NCBI RefSeq assembly: GCF_006345805.1 | Contig: NC_043005.1 | Coordinates: 100,378,001 to 100,442,000 of the forward strand | Origin: Octopus sinensis | Taxonomy: Eukaryota | DNA length: 64,000 nucleotides | Direction of reading: 5' to 3' | Shown: piece after piece, positions 24,346-36,026 of the stretch | How positions within the stretch are numbered: the stretch's first letter is position 1 | Layout: every line of letters begins with the position of its first letter | The notes under the pieces: model-generated | Told to the model about the DNA's origin: nothing | The model's database searches: none | The model's input: only the letters and a program-made list of their open reading frames with translations | Position numbers and translations under genes: made by a program

Positions 24346-26001
24346 GATGTATGTGGTTGTGTGCTTCATCACGTTTTCAGCAAGTAGCAGAGAAGACAGT
24401 GGACTGACTGTCAGCCTGAATGATGGCTGTGCTTATTGGTGGTGGTAGAGATGGAAGTAAATATCTGTGAGTCAGAGAATGTCAATTCTACTCAGTGTGG
24501 GACAGTATTACAGTGCAATTTGTCCATCCATTGGCAGACAGTTAGTAGAGAGAACTACAGAGAATACCGTTGCTGATTTGAGTGTCAGGTTAGTTTTAGT
24601 TGTCAGGTTAGAAGCTGACATCAAAATGTCAAACCAGAGAAAAAGATAAAGATTTTTTTCTCTTTTTTCTTATTTCATTTTTCAATATTGAGAAACTTCT
24701 TCATCTTTAATTAACATCATTTTGAACAAATCTTAACTCCCTGTTTTTATTTTATTAAGAAATTCTCTGATGTTTTTAATAATTCATTGAAGAAATTACA
24801 ACTCACACTTCTACGTTGAAAATAAAATAAACAAAAATTTTTAAATAATAAAAAAAAACAACAAATGCAAGAGAATAAAACTAGTAATATGAAAGAAACA
24901 TCAAATTTTTTGTTGTTTTGTTTTGGTTCAAAACTGAACAAGAATCAATGAGACCAGTCGTGGGTCGGCTGGTCTGATGCTGATAAATGGTAACAGCTTT
25001 TGAAAAAGACTTTGGTCTTCAAAAACTAAAAGAAAGTAGCTGGTGATTGGAATAAAAGAAGAGAACGAATTAGAGACAAGTTTTAGAGAAAATATTCCAC
25101 AGAAAAATGTCAGGGGTGGGGAGAGTGTGTGTGTGTGTGTCTGTGGTTAGGTGGAGTGAAATTATGTTGGAGAAGTGAAATGTGGAGGAGGAAAGCGAAT
25201 AACAAGATTAGTATAATGCAAAGAATGACAATAAACATATATAAAAGAAAGAAAAAAACTACATGGAAAATATCAAATATATTGAGTTAAACATGAGAAG
25301 CAGTCAAGTGATATAACAAGTATTCAATGGTGAATATAATACAAACTTGTGTAAAATGAAGCCAATTGTATGGGAAGAGTTAAGAAACTAAACAAATTAG
25401 ACAGGATGGTGCAGGAAATAAAAAAGCATAATCAGTATAAATAAAAACAAGCAAAAAAAAAGGAATAAAGATGAGCGTAAAGTGAGATAAATGAAGTAAA
25501 CTTAATTATTCAAATTGCGACATTAATGTTTGTTGATCTATAAAATTCCGTTTTCCCCAACCAACCTCGATTCTTATAGAATGTAGTGATGCAACAGAAT
25601 GGTATATCGGATATAATAAAGAAGGATGGCTTTGGGCATCATTTAACTAAATAAATTAAGAAATTAGACAAGAAAAGCAAATAAAATTGAGGAAGTATGA
25701 ATGTGTGTGTGTGTGTATATATATATATTGTATATATATGTATTCTTTCTCAACTAAGATGTAGGAATAGGCAGTGGTAGGATGGTGGTAGATGTGTATG
25801 GTAAGAAGTATGCATCTCCATCTTCAATTCCATGGCTTCTGGGTCAGTCCCACAACATGGAGCTTTGGATAAGTGTCTTTTGACACAGTCCCAAGCTAAC
25901 CAAAGCTTTTAAAGTGCATTTGGTAGACAGAAACTCAGAGCATCCTTATTATTTACATTATTTACATTTGACGGATATTTGTCCTCATCATGTTTGTTGT
26001 T

Positions 26002-26047
26002 AACACAACGCTTCGGCTGATACACCCTCCAGCCTCCATCAGGTGTC
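26002..26047 (-). ncRNA. Minimal type I hammerhead ribozyme, degenerate core
   Basis: Minus strand: GACAC-CUGAUGG-A-GGCUG(GAGGGUGUAU)CAGCC-GAAG-CGU-U-GUGUU. Stem I is 5 bp, stem II is 5 bp, stem III is the minimal palindromic type. Two core positions deviate (CUGAUGA to CUGAUGG, GAAA to GAAG). Confidence 0.7.
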
Positions 26048-26182
26048 TTGGGGAAATTTTGAACCTGGGTTCTCATTCCTAAGGTATTTTTTCGATTTCA
26101 TTATTATACAATAGGAATACAAAATACAAAATGGCTGACCGTTAGTAAGGAGAGACACACAAATAAGAAAGAAGAAAGCAAA

Positions 26183-26227
26183 GGACCACTGATGAGGTCA
26201 CAGGAGTGTGATGAAAGAACTCTGGCC
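26183..26227 (+). ncRNA. Minimal type I hammerhead ribozyme, core apparently complete
   Basis: GG(A)CCA-CUGAUGA(26189-95)-G-GUCACA(GGAG)UGUGAU-GAAA(26213-16)-G-AA-C-U-C-UGGCC. Predicted cleavage 3' of C26222 (CUC triplet). Confidence 0.7.
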
Positions 26228-26478
26228 GAAATAAAATTAAGATTAATGTAAAAAATAAATAACGCTGAAGCAAATTAACACCAAATATATAGTGCGTGTA
26301 CTTTTATTGGCTAAACTGGCAAAATAACCATTCCTAAATACAACAACATCTGTTTCAACACACGATTTCACATTAAGAATCTTGCAAAACAAATATATAA
26401 ATATATGGTGCCCCAGCATGGCCGCAGCCTTTGGGCTAAAACATTTTTAAGGATTGTTTTTTAAGGATATATATATAT

Positions 26479-26719
26479 AATAACAATATTAGGAAGTATA
26501 ACTCCAAACTTACAGGGAAAAAATCAATTTAGTATTAAATCAAATTTCACAGTATAAATATATAAAATATAAATTAGAGATAAAACCACTATTTATCTAT
26601 TATGTCTATCCCTGTTTGAGTTGCATAATAGTGGTTTTATCTCTAATTTATATTTTATATATATATATATATAGGCACGGGCAAGTGTCATTAAGGTGTA
26701 ACAATTGAAAGAAGCCTGT

Positions 26720-26771
<52 letters not shown>

Positions 26772-27492
26772 CACATGTAGATGTATATAAGCATGTATGT
26801 GTGTGTGTGTAAGCTTATTTACATTTTTGCTCAGTGAAAGTCACTCACTATGAACAGTGTTGTTCTTGTCCCTTTTGTAAACAAGTCATCCATTCACTGC
26901 ACACTTTTGAAGATATGTGATAAAGAAGAGGTCCCTCACTTGAAAACCATGTAAGGGTTTACAACAGGACGAACATTGAGCTGTAAAGCAAAGCCTTAAT
27001 AAGATATATGCCTAACCCATACCAGCTCAGAAGAAGATATATAGAAATGAATGAATGAAAGAATATATATACATCACATGGTTCTTACTGAGAAAGTAAT
27101 ACAGAAAAAGACAGAAAAAAGACATTAAGTGAAATCTCAATTCCCTGTAAAATTAGTTGGATAAATAGAATATGGTAAATATGAAATAGAAATACAAAAA
27201 TATGAAAGAGAAAATATAATAATAAAAAAAATTGATAAATAAATAAATAAATGTAAAAAATTAATTTTAAAAAGTAACAGAAAATAAATAGAACTTTAAG
27301 AAGGAATGTTCAGCTTGAAGCAAATAAATTTTAAAATGTTGTGAGGGAAAAAAAAAAAAAATCAACTTTACTAGTGTCTGGGGAAAAAAAGATAACCAAG
27401 ACTACAACTGTTTGACTGAACATCGATATGAAGAGGGGGGTTTGTGTGTGTATATATACATAAATTTATATATATATATATATGTATGTATA

Positions 27493-27523
<31 letters not shown>

Positions 27524-27750
27524 CCATATATACATACATATATGTATACACACATATATATATACACACACATATATATATACACATATATATATACATA
27601 TATATATATATACATACATATATATACATATATATATATATACATACATATATATATACATATATATATGCATACATATACATATATATATGTATATATA
27701 TACATATTATATATATACATATATACATATATATATGTATACATACATAT

Positions 27751-27781
<31 letters not shown>

Positions 27782-27824
27782 TACATACATATATATACAT
27801 ATATACATACATATATATATATAC

Positions 27825-27861
<37 letters not shown>

Positions 27862-27905
27862 CATACATATATATATACATATATACATATATACATATAT
27901 ATGTA

Positions 27906-27937
<32 letters not shown>

Positions 27938-28206
27938 CATATACATACATATATATATATAATAACAATATTAGGAAGTATAACTCCAAACTTACAGGGA
28001 AAAAATCAATTTAGTATTAAATCAAATTTCACAGTATAAATATATAAAATATAAATTAGAGATAAAACCACTATTTATCTATTATGTCTATCCCTGTTTG
28101 AGTTGCATAATAGTGGTTTTATCTCTAATTTATATTTTATATATATATATATATAGGCACGGGCAAGTGTCATTAAGGTGTAACAATTGAAAGAAGCCTG
28201 TTGTGC

Positions 28207-28239
<33 letters not shown>

Positions 28240-28961
28240 CACATGTAGATGTATATAAGCATGTATGTGTGTGTGTGTAAGCTTATTTACATTTTTGCTC
28301 AGTGAAAGTCACTCACTATGAACAGTGTTGTTCTTGTCCCTTTTGTAAACAAGTCATCCATTCACTGCACACTTTTGAAGATATGTGATAAAGAAGAGGT
28401 CCCTCACTTGAAAACCATGTAAGGGTTTACAACAGGACGAACATTGAGCTGTAAAGCAAAGCCTTAATAAGATATATGCCTAACCCATACCAGCTCAGAA
28501 GAAGATATATAGAAATGAATGAATGAAAGAATATATATACATCACATGGTTCTTACTGAGAAAGTAATACAGAAAAAGACAGAAAAAAGACATTAAGTGA
28601 AATCTCAATTCCCTGTAAAATTAGTTGGATAAATAGAATATGGTAAATATGAAATAGAAATACAAAAATATGAAAGAGAAAATATAATAATAAAAAAAAT
28701 TGATAAATAAATAAATAAATGTAAAAAATTAATTTTAAAAAGTAACAGAAAATAAATAGAACTTTAAGAAGGAATGTTCAGCTTGAAGCAAATAAATTTT
28801 AAAATGTTGTGAGGGAAAAGAAAAAAAAAATCAACTTTACTAGTGTCTGGGGAAAAAAAGATAACCAAGACTACAACTGTTTGACTGAACATCGATATGA
28901 AGAGGGGGGTTTGTGTGTGTATATATACATAAATTTATATATATATATATATGTATGTATA

Positions 28962-28992
<31 letters not shown>

Positions 28993-29215
28993 CCATATAT
29001 ACATACATATATGTATACACACATATATATATACACACACATATATATATATACATATATATATACATATTATATATATACATACATATATATACATATA
29101 TATATATACATACATATATATATACATATATATATGCATACATATACATATATATATGTATATATATACATATATATATATACATATATACATATATATA
29201 TGTATACATACATAT

Positions 29216-29246
<31 letters not shown>

Positions 29247-29363
29247 TACATACATATATATACATATATACGTACATATATATATATACATATATACATT
29301 CATATATATATATATATATACATATATATACATATATAATATACATATATACATATATATGTA

Positions 29364-29395
<32 letters not shown>

Positions 29396-29420
29396 CATAT
29401 ATACATACATATATATATAT
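26479..29420. repeat. Tandem duplication, ~1.48-kb unit, each copy ending in a ~500-bp (TA/CA) compound microsatellite
   Basis: AATAACAATATTAGGAAG starts at 26479 and 27961. The unique parts match; the differences I could see are in microsatellites and one poly-A run. Confidence 0.95.
26559..26661. mobile_element. MITE-like hairpin: perfect 35-bp inverted repeats with a 33-bp spacer (duplicated at 28041-28143)
   Basis: TATATAAAATATAAATTAGAGATAAAACCACTATT (26559-26593) is the exact reverse complement of 26627-26661, in a TA context. Confidence 0.8.
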
Positions 29421-29479
29421 AATAGAGAGGTGGGGTGAGAGATGGGGGGTATTGATGTAAAATATAGCTCAGTTGAGAG

Positions 29480-30035
29480 TAAATTGAATTATGTGACCAG
29501 TATCAGTGGTAAAGTATAAACCATATATCAAGTGTGTGGATTAAGGACAATGAAAAATGATATCAAATATATTATTGACATGGCATTTCAAGAAATAAAG
29601 CATAGAATACAGCTAACCTCAAAAATAGATAACTGTAAAAGATTGAGAACTTTTAAATTCTGACATTTAAATCATAATTTGGATAAAATTGGTGATAAAC
29701 TTTTACGGTACATGACAAGTGTAAGGAGTTGGAAGAGTCAGTGGGGAAGTAGACAGTGGAAAATAAATGGACTATAAACTTTATTATTTCTTGGGTTTTT
29801 TTTAAAGTATTTTAAAATTTTACAAACTATTTGGTGCCAGATTATAAATATGCGAGGTGGCTTTAATGATAGTTTCTTGGTAAAGTGTGTTCGAATTTCT
29901 ACCATTTATACTGGAATATGTAAACAGATATTCAAATTATAAAACAATTTAGGATTTCATTTGCAATCTAATGTTATTTAGTGTATAACCTAGATTCGTC
30001 TGGCTACATATGGCAACACCTGAAGAAGACAGTTT
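29480..30035 (+). mobile_element. Penelope-like element 3' fragment (decayed GIY-YIG-like region, then CTGAAGA hammerhead half-core)
   Basis: TIYQV..IKYII..AFQEIKHRI.. resembles the PLE GIY-YIG region. ACAC-CTGAAGA-AGAC at 30016-30030 is cut by a SINE. Confidence 0.45.
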
Positions 30036-30036
30036 A

Positions 30037-30222
30037 AGGTATTTCGTCTGCCACCACGTTCTGAGTTCAAATTCCGCCGAGGTCGACTTTGCCTTTCATC
30101 CTTTCGGGGTCAATTAAATAAGTACCAGTTTCGCACTGGGGTCGATATAATCGACTTAATCTGTTTGTCTGTCCTTGTTTGTCCTCTCTGTGTTTGGCCC
30201 CTTGTGGGTAGTAAAGAAATAG
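30037..30222 (+). mobile_element. SINE family B, 5'-truncated
   Basis: Near-consensus family B body and tail. Confidence 0.9.
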
Positions 30223-30937
30223 ATGTAACACCTTATAGAACTCAGTTATCTTGAGGTGTATCTATGTAGTCACACAACCTGCAAGAAATGACAACAAAAT
30301 CACACTCAATCTCAATAAAATGGGGTAACTCTTAATTTCCTCTATGGCAGAAGAGTATTGCATGGGAGAGCAATCCTGAAGAAACACATTATATTTCAAG
30401 AATTGTAACTTTGTTTACATTCATTTTCAAAGGGGAAAAAAGTCTAATCCCATTTTTTATTATCATTCATTCCAGTTTTATAATGGTTAAGTGGAATTGC
30501 TTGTGAGAAAACAATGGAAGTTACTTGAAAACCTATTTCTGTTCTCAGGTAGGTTACTTCATCTATCGCCTGGTTTAATGTCACCACCACTTGGTCCTTG
30601 GGGAGCATTAGCAGGGACCACTTTGTTGCAAGTATTTGGACCAAGTCTCATGAGTTCTTCCTCTTCCTCCCCATCACTCCACAAGGCTTGGAGATCCTGC
30701 AAGGAGGTTGCAAGCGGTGCCTTTTGTAATATGATTAAATCATAAACAAATTTTGTGATGAAAGTGAAAACATCTCGCTATATATTATAGTCTCTTTCTC
30801 TTGGAAATGATGACGTCTCTGTATAGGGTGAGTCGATTGTATAGGGTCAATCGGTCAGTTAGTTGGTTGGTCAGTTAGTCAGTCAGTCACTCACCTCACT
30901 CACTCAATCACTCTTTCCTTATATTTCTCTCTGTCTA

Positions 30938-31033
30938 AGAAGAAGAAGAAGGAGGAGGAGGAAGAGGAGGAGAAGAAGAAGAAGAAGAAGAAGAAGAAGA
31001 AGAAGAAGAAGAAGAAGAAGAAGAAGAAGAAGA
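30938..31033 (+). repeat. (AAG/GAG)n purine trinucleotide tract
   Basis: Directly visible. Confidence 0.95.
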
Positions 31034-34000
31034 AAACTGTTTGAAACGTTCTTTTACTCATTGCAAGAAAGCAGCTCTCTCAACTGTGTGTGTATCCTGG
31101 CTTTAGAAGAGGGAAACAACATTCATTCTGCGTGTTTCAGAAGCAAATAAAAGATTTGGCAACAGGAAAATGTCCAGTCATAAAACATTGCCTGAGTAAT
31201 GCTGTCCAACTCAGGGCAGCATAGATTGGGCAGTTTTGGTGAATGTAAAAACACGAACGTCAATGATGCTGATGATGATGATGATGCCAATTTCCTCAGA
31301 TTCTAAATTTTATGAGAGAGAGAGAGAGAGGAAAAGATAGAGGGTAAGAAAGAGAGGGAGTGTTGAGAAAAATAAGGGTATAGATGAATGAGAAAGGTTT
31401 GAGTTTGTGTGTGTATGCGTGTGTGCATGCATGTGTGTGTGAGTGTATGCATGTGTGTGAATCTGCCAAGATTGCCAATATAGTTTCTCTCATATATTTT
31501 AATTCTTTCTATTTAATTTTCCTCTCATTCTTGAACAATCTTTCAACAAATGTTGCAGAGAGAGAAAGAGAGATAGATAGATAGATGAATAGAGAGGGAG
31601 AGTGTGGGACTCTCTCCTTCTCTCTTTTACCCTCTCACACATCCACCTACGTACATAGATCTATGTTATAACTATATGAGATAAAACCTGAATTCACTTT
31701 GTAAATTTTACTCCTTTAATGTTGAGTGTTTGAACTTTTCTTAAAACTTTCAAGAGAAAAGCTAATGTTTCTATATAAAGAAATATTTCTTAGCTTTTCT
31801 TGACAATATTTTTTTCCCTGTTATATTCTTGGCTTGTTCTTAGGCACAATTTCGTTATTTTGCTCAAACTGTTTCGAAATCTATCTGACAGGCCATCAAT
31901 TTTACATATCGTTTCGAGGAAATATTATTTTCCTTTTCAGAAGTTTATGCGTACGTATACATGTGTATGTGTGGGTGAGTGCATGCATCAGTGTGGTGTG
32001 TTTGCGTGTGTGGATGTGCGTGAAGAGTGAAAGAGAGAGACTCAGAGAGAGAGAGAGAGAGAGAGACTCAAAGAGAGAGAGAGAGAGAAAGAAAGAAAGG
32101 AAAAGAACAACAAAAATATCAAAGAGAAAATCACATCGATTTCTCGTTATTATTATAGAAAAGAAACATCTTGTAAGACTTTTGGTTAAAACTCAAAATA
32201 ATTTTTTCTAGAAGAACCTATATTTTAAGGCAATCATTCTCCCAGCTAATGTTCGGGATTTTTACAGTGACAAAATAAAAAAAAGTACAGAAAGTAAAAG
32301 AAAAAAAAAACTATGGAACATGAGGACACAAAAAAAAAAAAATGAAGATGCAATGAGCCTGGCTGAAAATAATTCTAACATATATTAGAATGTTGTAAAA
32401 TAAGTGCAGGTAGCAATAGGAAATTGTAAAATGCTAAAAATATAAAACGGACTAAACCAAATAACACAATTTGTTGATGGATGAAAAAAATACAGCTATG
32501 TTAAATTTAATGACAGAAACATAAAACGGCAGAGGGAATGAAGCAGTGTTCTGTTTATGTTGGAAATATATAAATCTAAATATCTACGATGGGAAAAAAA
32601 TAGGCAAAGCAGTATCAGTCATAAAAACCTATCTCTAAGATGCCAGATACTAAAATACAACCATTTGAAGGTGTTTCTACTGTTCAGGGAAGCAGTCATT
32701 GCTATAAGCAACTGTCCTCTTTTGGGAAATCAGGAAAAAGTAGTTTTGCCTTCTCTTTTCAAGGTGACTACACACTGATTACAGTTGAATGAACAAAACC
32801 TTAATCAATATCAAATACTGAATTATTTGGCACATAACGAACCAACAGATATCTTATCGTGTGAAGGTGGTGGATCACAAAACCAGTGGAGCATTGGATG
32901 AAATAGCCTGGGATATTCGTTGGTGTCTCTTTACATTCTCAGCTCAAATTCTGTAAAAGTCATCTTTGCCTTTCATCGTTTTTGAGATTGATAAGATGGC
33001 AGTGAATAACTGGAGTCAATTTAATCAACTATACTCACCTCTCAGAATATATGGTCTTCTATCTACTTTAGTAAAAGAATGACAACAGTGTGAGAATGTA
33101 CAGAAAATTCATGAAAATCTTACTTTGAACTTGGATTCTTTTATAAGAGGTAGTTGGTCTGCATTAGAAAGCTGAATAACCAAAGATAGTTCTTCAGTGC
33201 TAGCAATATGAATTGAGGGAACAGAGTGATCGTAACTTCTCAGTAGATAATTGAAGTTGCATACATTGCATCAATGTGTATACAATGTTAGTATAGAATA
33301 TACATATGCATATATTCTATTCTAACTTTACTTCAAGTCAGTAGGGTCTGTACTCATGTATATTGATGAAACCAAAGGGTTTCTCAAATTGACATATTGC
33401 CCCATCTCATGTTAGTGATTTATAGACATAAACTGGAATATAAATATCCATTTCCCATCATGAAGAGGCAGAATTCGAACACAAAATGCAAAGATCTAAA
33501 ACATATACTGCCAGACATTCTGTTTAAAATCTAGCAATTTTGCTAATCCATCTCAAGATTAGTACTTTATTAATCTAAATCCAATAGAATGAAAGGAAAA
33601 GGTAACCTCAATGGGATTTGAACTCAGACTGGACAGAGCTAGAGAAAATGCCAAAAGGCTTTGCATCCAACATTCTAATAACTCTGGTAGTTAATTAAGA
33701 TATATTATATAGCATTATTAAATAAAACAAACAGATGAATGTAAGTTAAAGAAATTAGTAACTCAATTATTTTAGTATTTTATTTTTCAGTTTTACTTCC
33801 TAAGTCCATATACCAATAACAGAACTTGTTCTGTCAAGTGGTCTGTCACTTCTTTCCAGAGATTTGACTCAAAATCTACCGGTCACCTCATGCTACTTCA
33901 TCCTGTTCAAAGCAGATACTAACCAATATATGTTACCATCTTATACCATCTTACAACACTACTTTATGTTATCACTGTCATAATCTATAACTATTTTTAT

Positions 34001-34999
34001 TGAATATTTTCATGAGTTTGTGTGAACTATTGCCACACCTGATCTTATCTGTGAAACTCTGCTATTCTCTCACTTAACCCTTTTTACTATCGAAATCACA
34101 TACAAAATAAAATTTCATTGCCTTTAACTATGCAAAGTAGTTTTATATACTAATCTATCTTTTAGTTGAGGAATGTTCTGTTTGAAACTATTTTCCATTG
34201 AGATATATCAAATTTATTGAGGCAATACAACTTTCAAGAAATATCAACAGTTCTATTTTTTGGTGGACTCAGGAAATTTCATTTCACAGTGACAGGGATA
34301 AACACTTCTTCCCTTTTTTTTCCTTGCTTTGTTTTTCTTCTCTATTCTCAGTAATTTTTATATATCAACACTGCCTAATTCTCACCCAGCAGCTGTCACC
34401 TGTATGTAACAAATATTTATATCAACACAGCAGCCTCTTCTATATGGTACACTTGATGTCTTTAAATTCCCAAACCAAAGGGAGTCTCCTGAAACAGAAT
34501 AAATAAATATTCTGCATCTAGCTTTATAGTGGGAAACCATTGACATTTAAGAGTTCCCAGACAAACCAGCTTCCCATCCTACTAAAATCAACAAACAGAA
34601 ATAAAAATTTTATTGACTGCTACAATCTCAAAATGTATTGCTCCAATCTTGATCCTAGTTTCTACAGCTGTTTCAGAACATTATTGACATTTGTGAAAAA
34701 TTCTGTTTTAGTTTGTTGCAATTTTCCTCTCCCTCTATGCTGCATCATCATTATGTTGTTTTATACCTGCCCAGGTTACTATATACAGCATATACTCAAT
34801 ATATATAAATCCTAATAGCTACCTAGTTGTCACATAAGTATCTACACTAATTTTGGCCTGTGTGCTGTTTTTAAATATAACTCACAAGAGGTAAACGAAA
34901 CTAGAATTGTGAAACAGTAAACTCTCTGGCATTTACAAAAGTTAGCAATGTTTACAGCATATTATAAAGCAAATAGCTGTCCAGATTCCTCCGTACATA

Positions 35000-35209
35000 T
35001 TGTTATGTGTTTGAGTGTGTGCTTGTCCCCCACCCCCCACTGCTTGACAGGTGCATTTACATTGCTGTAACTTAGAGGTTTGGCAAAAGAGACTGATAGA
35101 ATAAGTACCATGCTTAAAAAAAGATCTGGGGGTCAATTTGTTTGACTTGAAACCCTTAAGATGGTGCTCCAGCATGGCTTCAGTCAAATGATGGAAACAA
35201 GGAAAAAAG

Positions 35210-35245
<36 letters not shown>

Positions 35246-35420
35246 GCACACACACACACGCACACACACACACGCACACACACACACGCACACACACACA
35301 TATATATATATACATACATACACACACACACATCGGGTTCAGTCCCACTGCATGGCACTTTGGGTAGGTGTCTTCCACTATAGCCCCGAGTCGACCGGAG
35401 CTTTGTGATTGAATTCGGTA
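35000..35420 (+). mobile_element. Family A SINE pieces (3' half 35000-35205; 5' part 35333-35420)
   Basis: Family A motifs separated by a (TA)(CA) microsatellite. Confidence 0.7.
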
Positions 35421-35540
35421 GGTGGAAGTTACTGCCATGTGTGTATGTGTGCGTGTAGGTGCTCAGTGCCTCTCCGAAAGAGAGAGAGGGATATATATAT
35501 ACATACATACATACATATACATACATACATATATATATAT

Positions 35541-35980
35541 CTCTCTTTCTCTTTCTCTTTTACTTGTTTCAGTCATTTGACTGCGGCCATGCTGGAGCAC
35601 CGCCTTTAATCGAGCAACTCGACCCCGGGACTTGTTCTTTGTAAGCCCAGCACTTATTCTATCGGTCTCTTTTTTGCCAAACCGCTAAGTGACGGGGACG
35701 TAAACACACCAGCATCGGTTGTCAAGCGATGCTAGGGGGACAAACACAGACACACAAACACACACATATATATATACATATATACGACAGGCTTCTTTCA
35801 GTTTCCGTCTACCAAATCCACTCACAAGGCATTGGTTGGCCCGGGGCTATAGCAGAAGACACTTGCCCAAGATGCCACGCAGTGGGACTGAACCCAGAAC
35901 CATGTGGTTGGTTAGCAAGCTACTTACCACACAGCCACTCCTGTGCCTATATACATACATACATACATACATATACATAC

Positions 35981-36026
<46 letters not shown>

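Larger units (their letters stand above)
25950..26400. mobile_element. Penelope-like / retrozyme-like non-autonomous element carrying two divergent hammerheads
   Basis: Contains both hammerhead folds listed below. Outer boundaries are uncertain. Confidence 0.6.

Noticed and set aside
27371-29460. Many 100-200 aa Tyr/Ile/His-rich ORFs on both strands
   Set aside because: They are translations of (TA)/(CA) microsatellites, which lack stop codons in several frames.
30016-30035. ACAC-CTGAAGA-AGAC hammerhead half-core (also CTC-CTGACGA-TGG near 39765)
   Set aside because: No downstream stem II partner or GAAA; truncated PLE ends at best, so not reported as ribozymes.
34386-34488. Minus-strand exon-like segment (TTCTGTTTCAG|GAGACTCC...GCTGG|GTGAG; DSLWFGNLKTSSVPYRRGCC...)
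   Set aside because: The splice motifs are good, but the peptide is unrecognisable and no partner exons were found; not supportable without RNA data.
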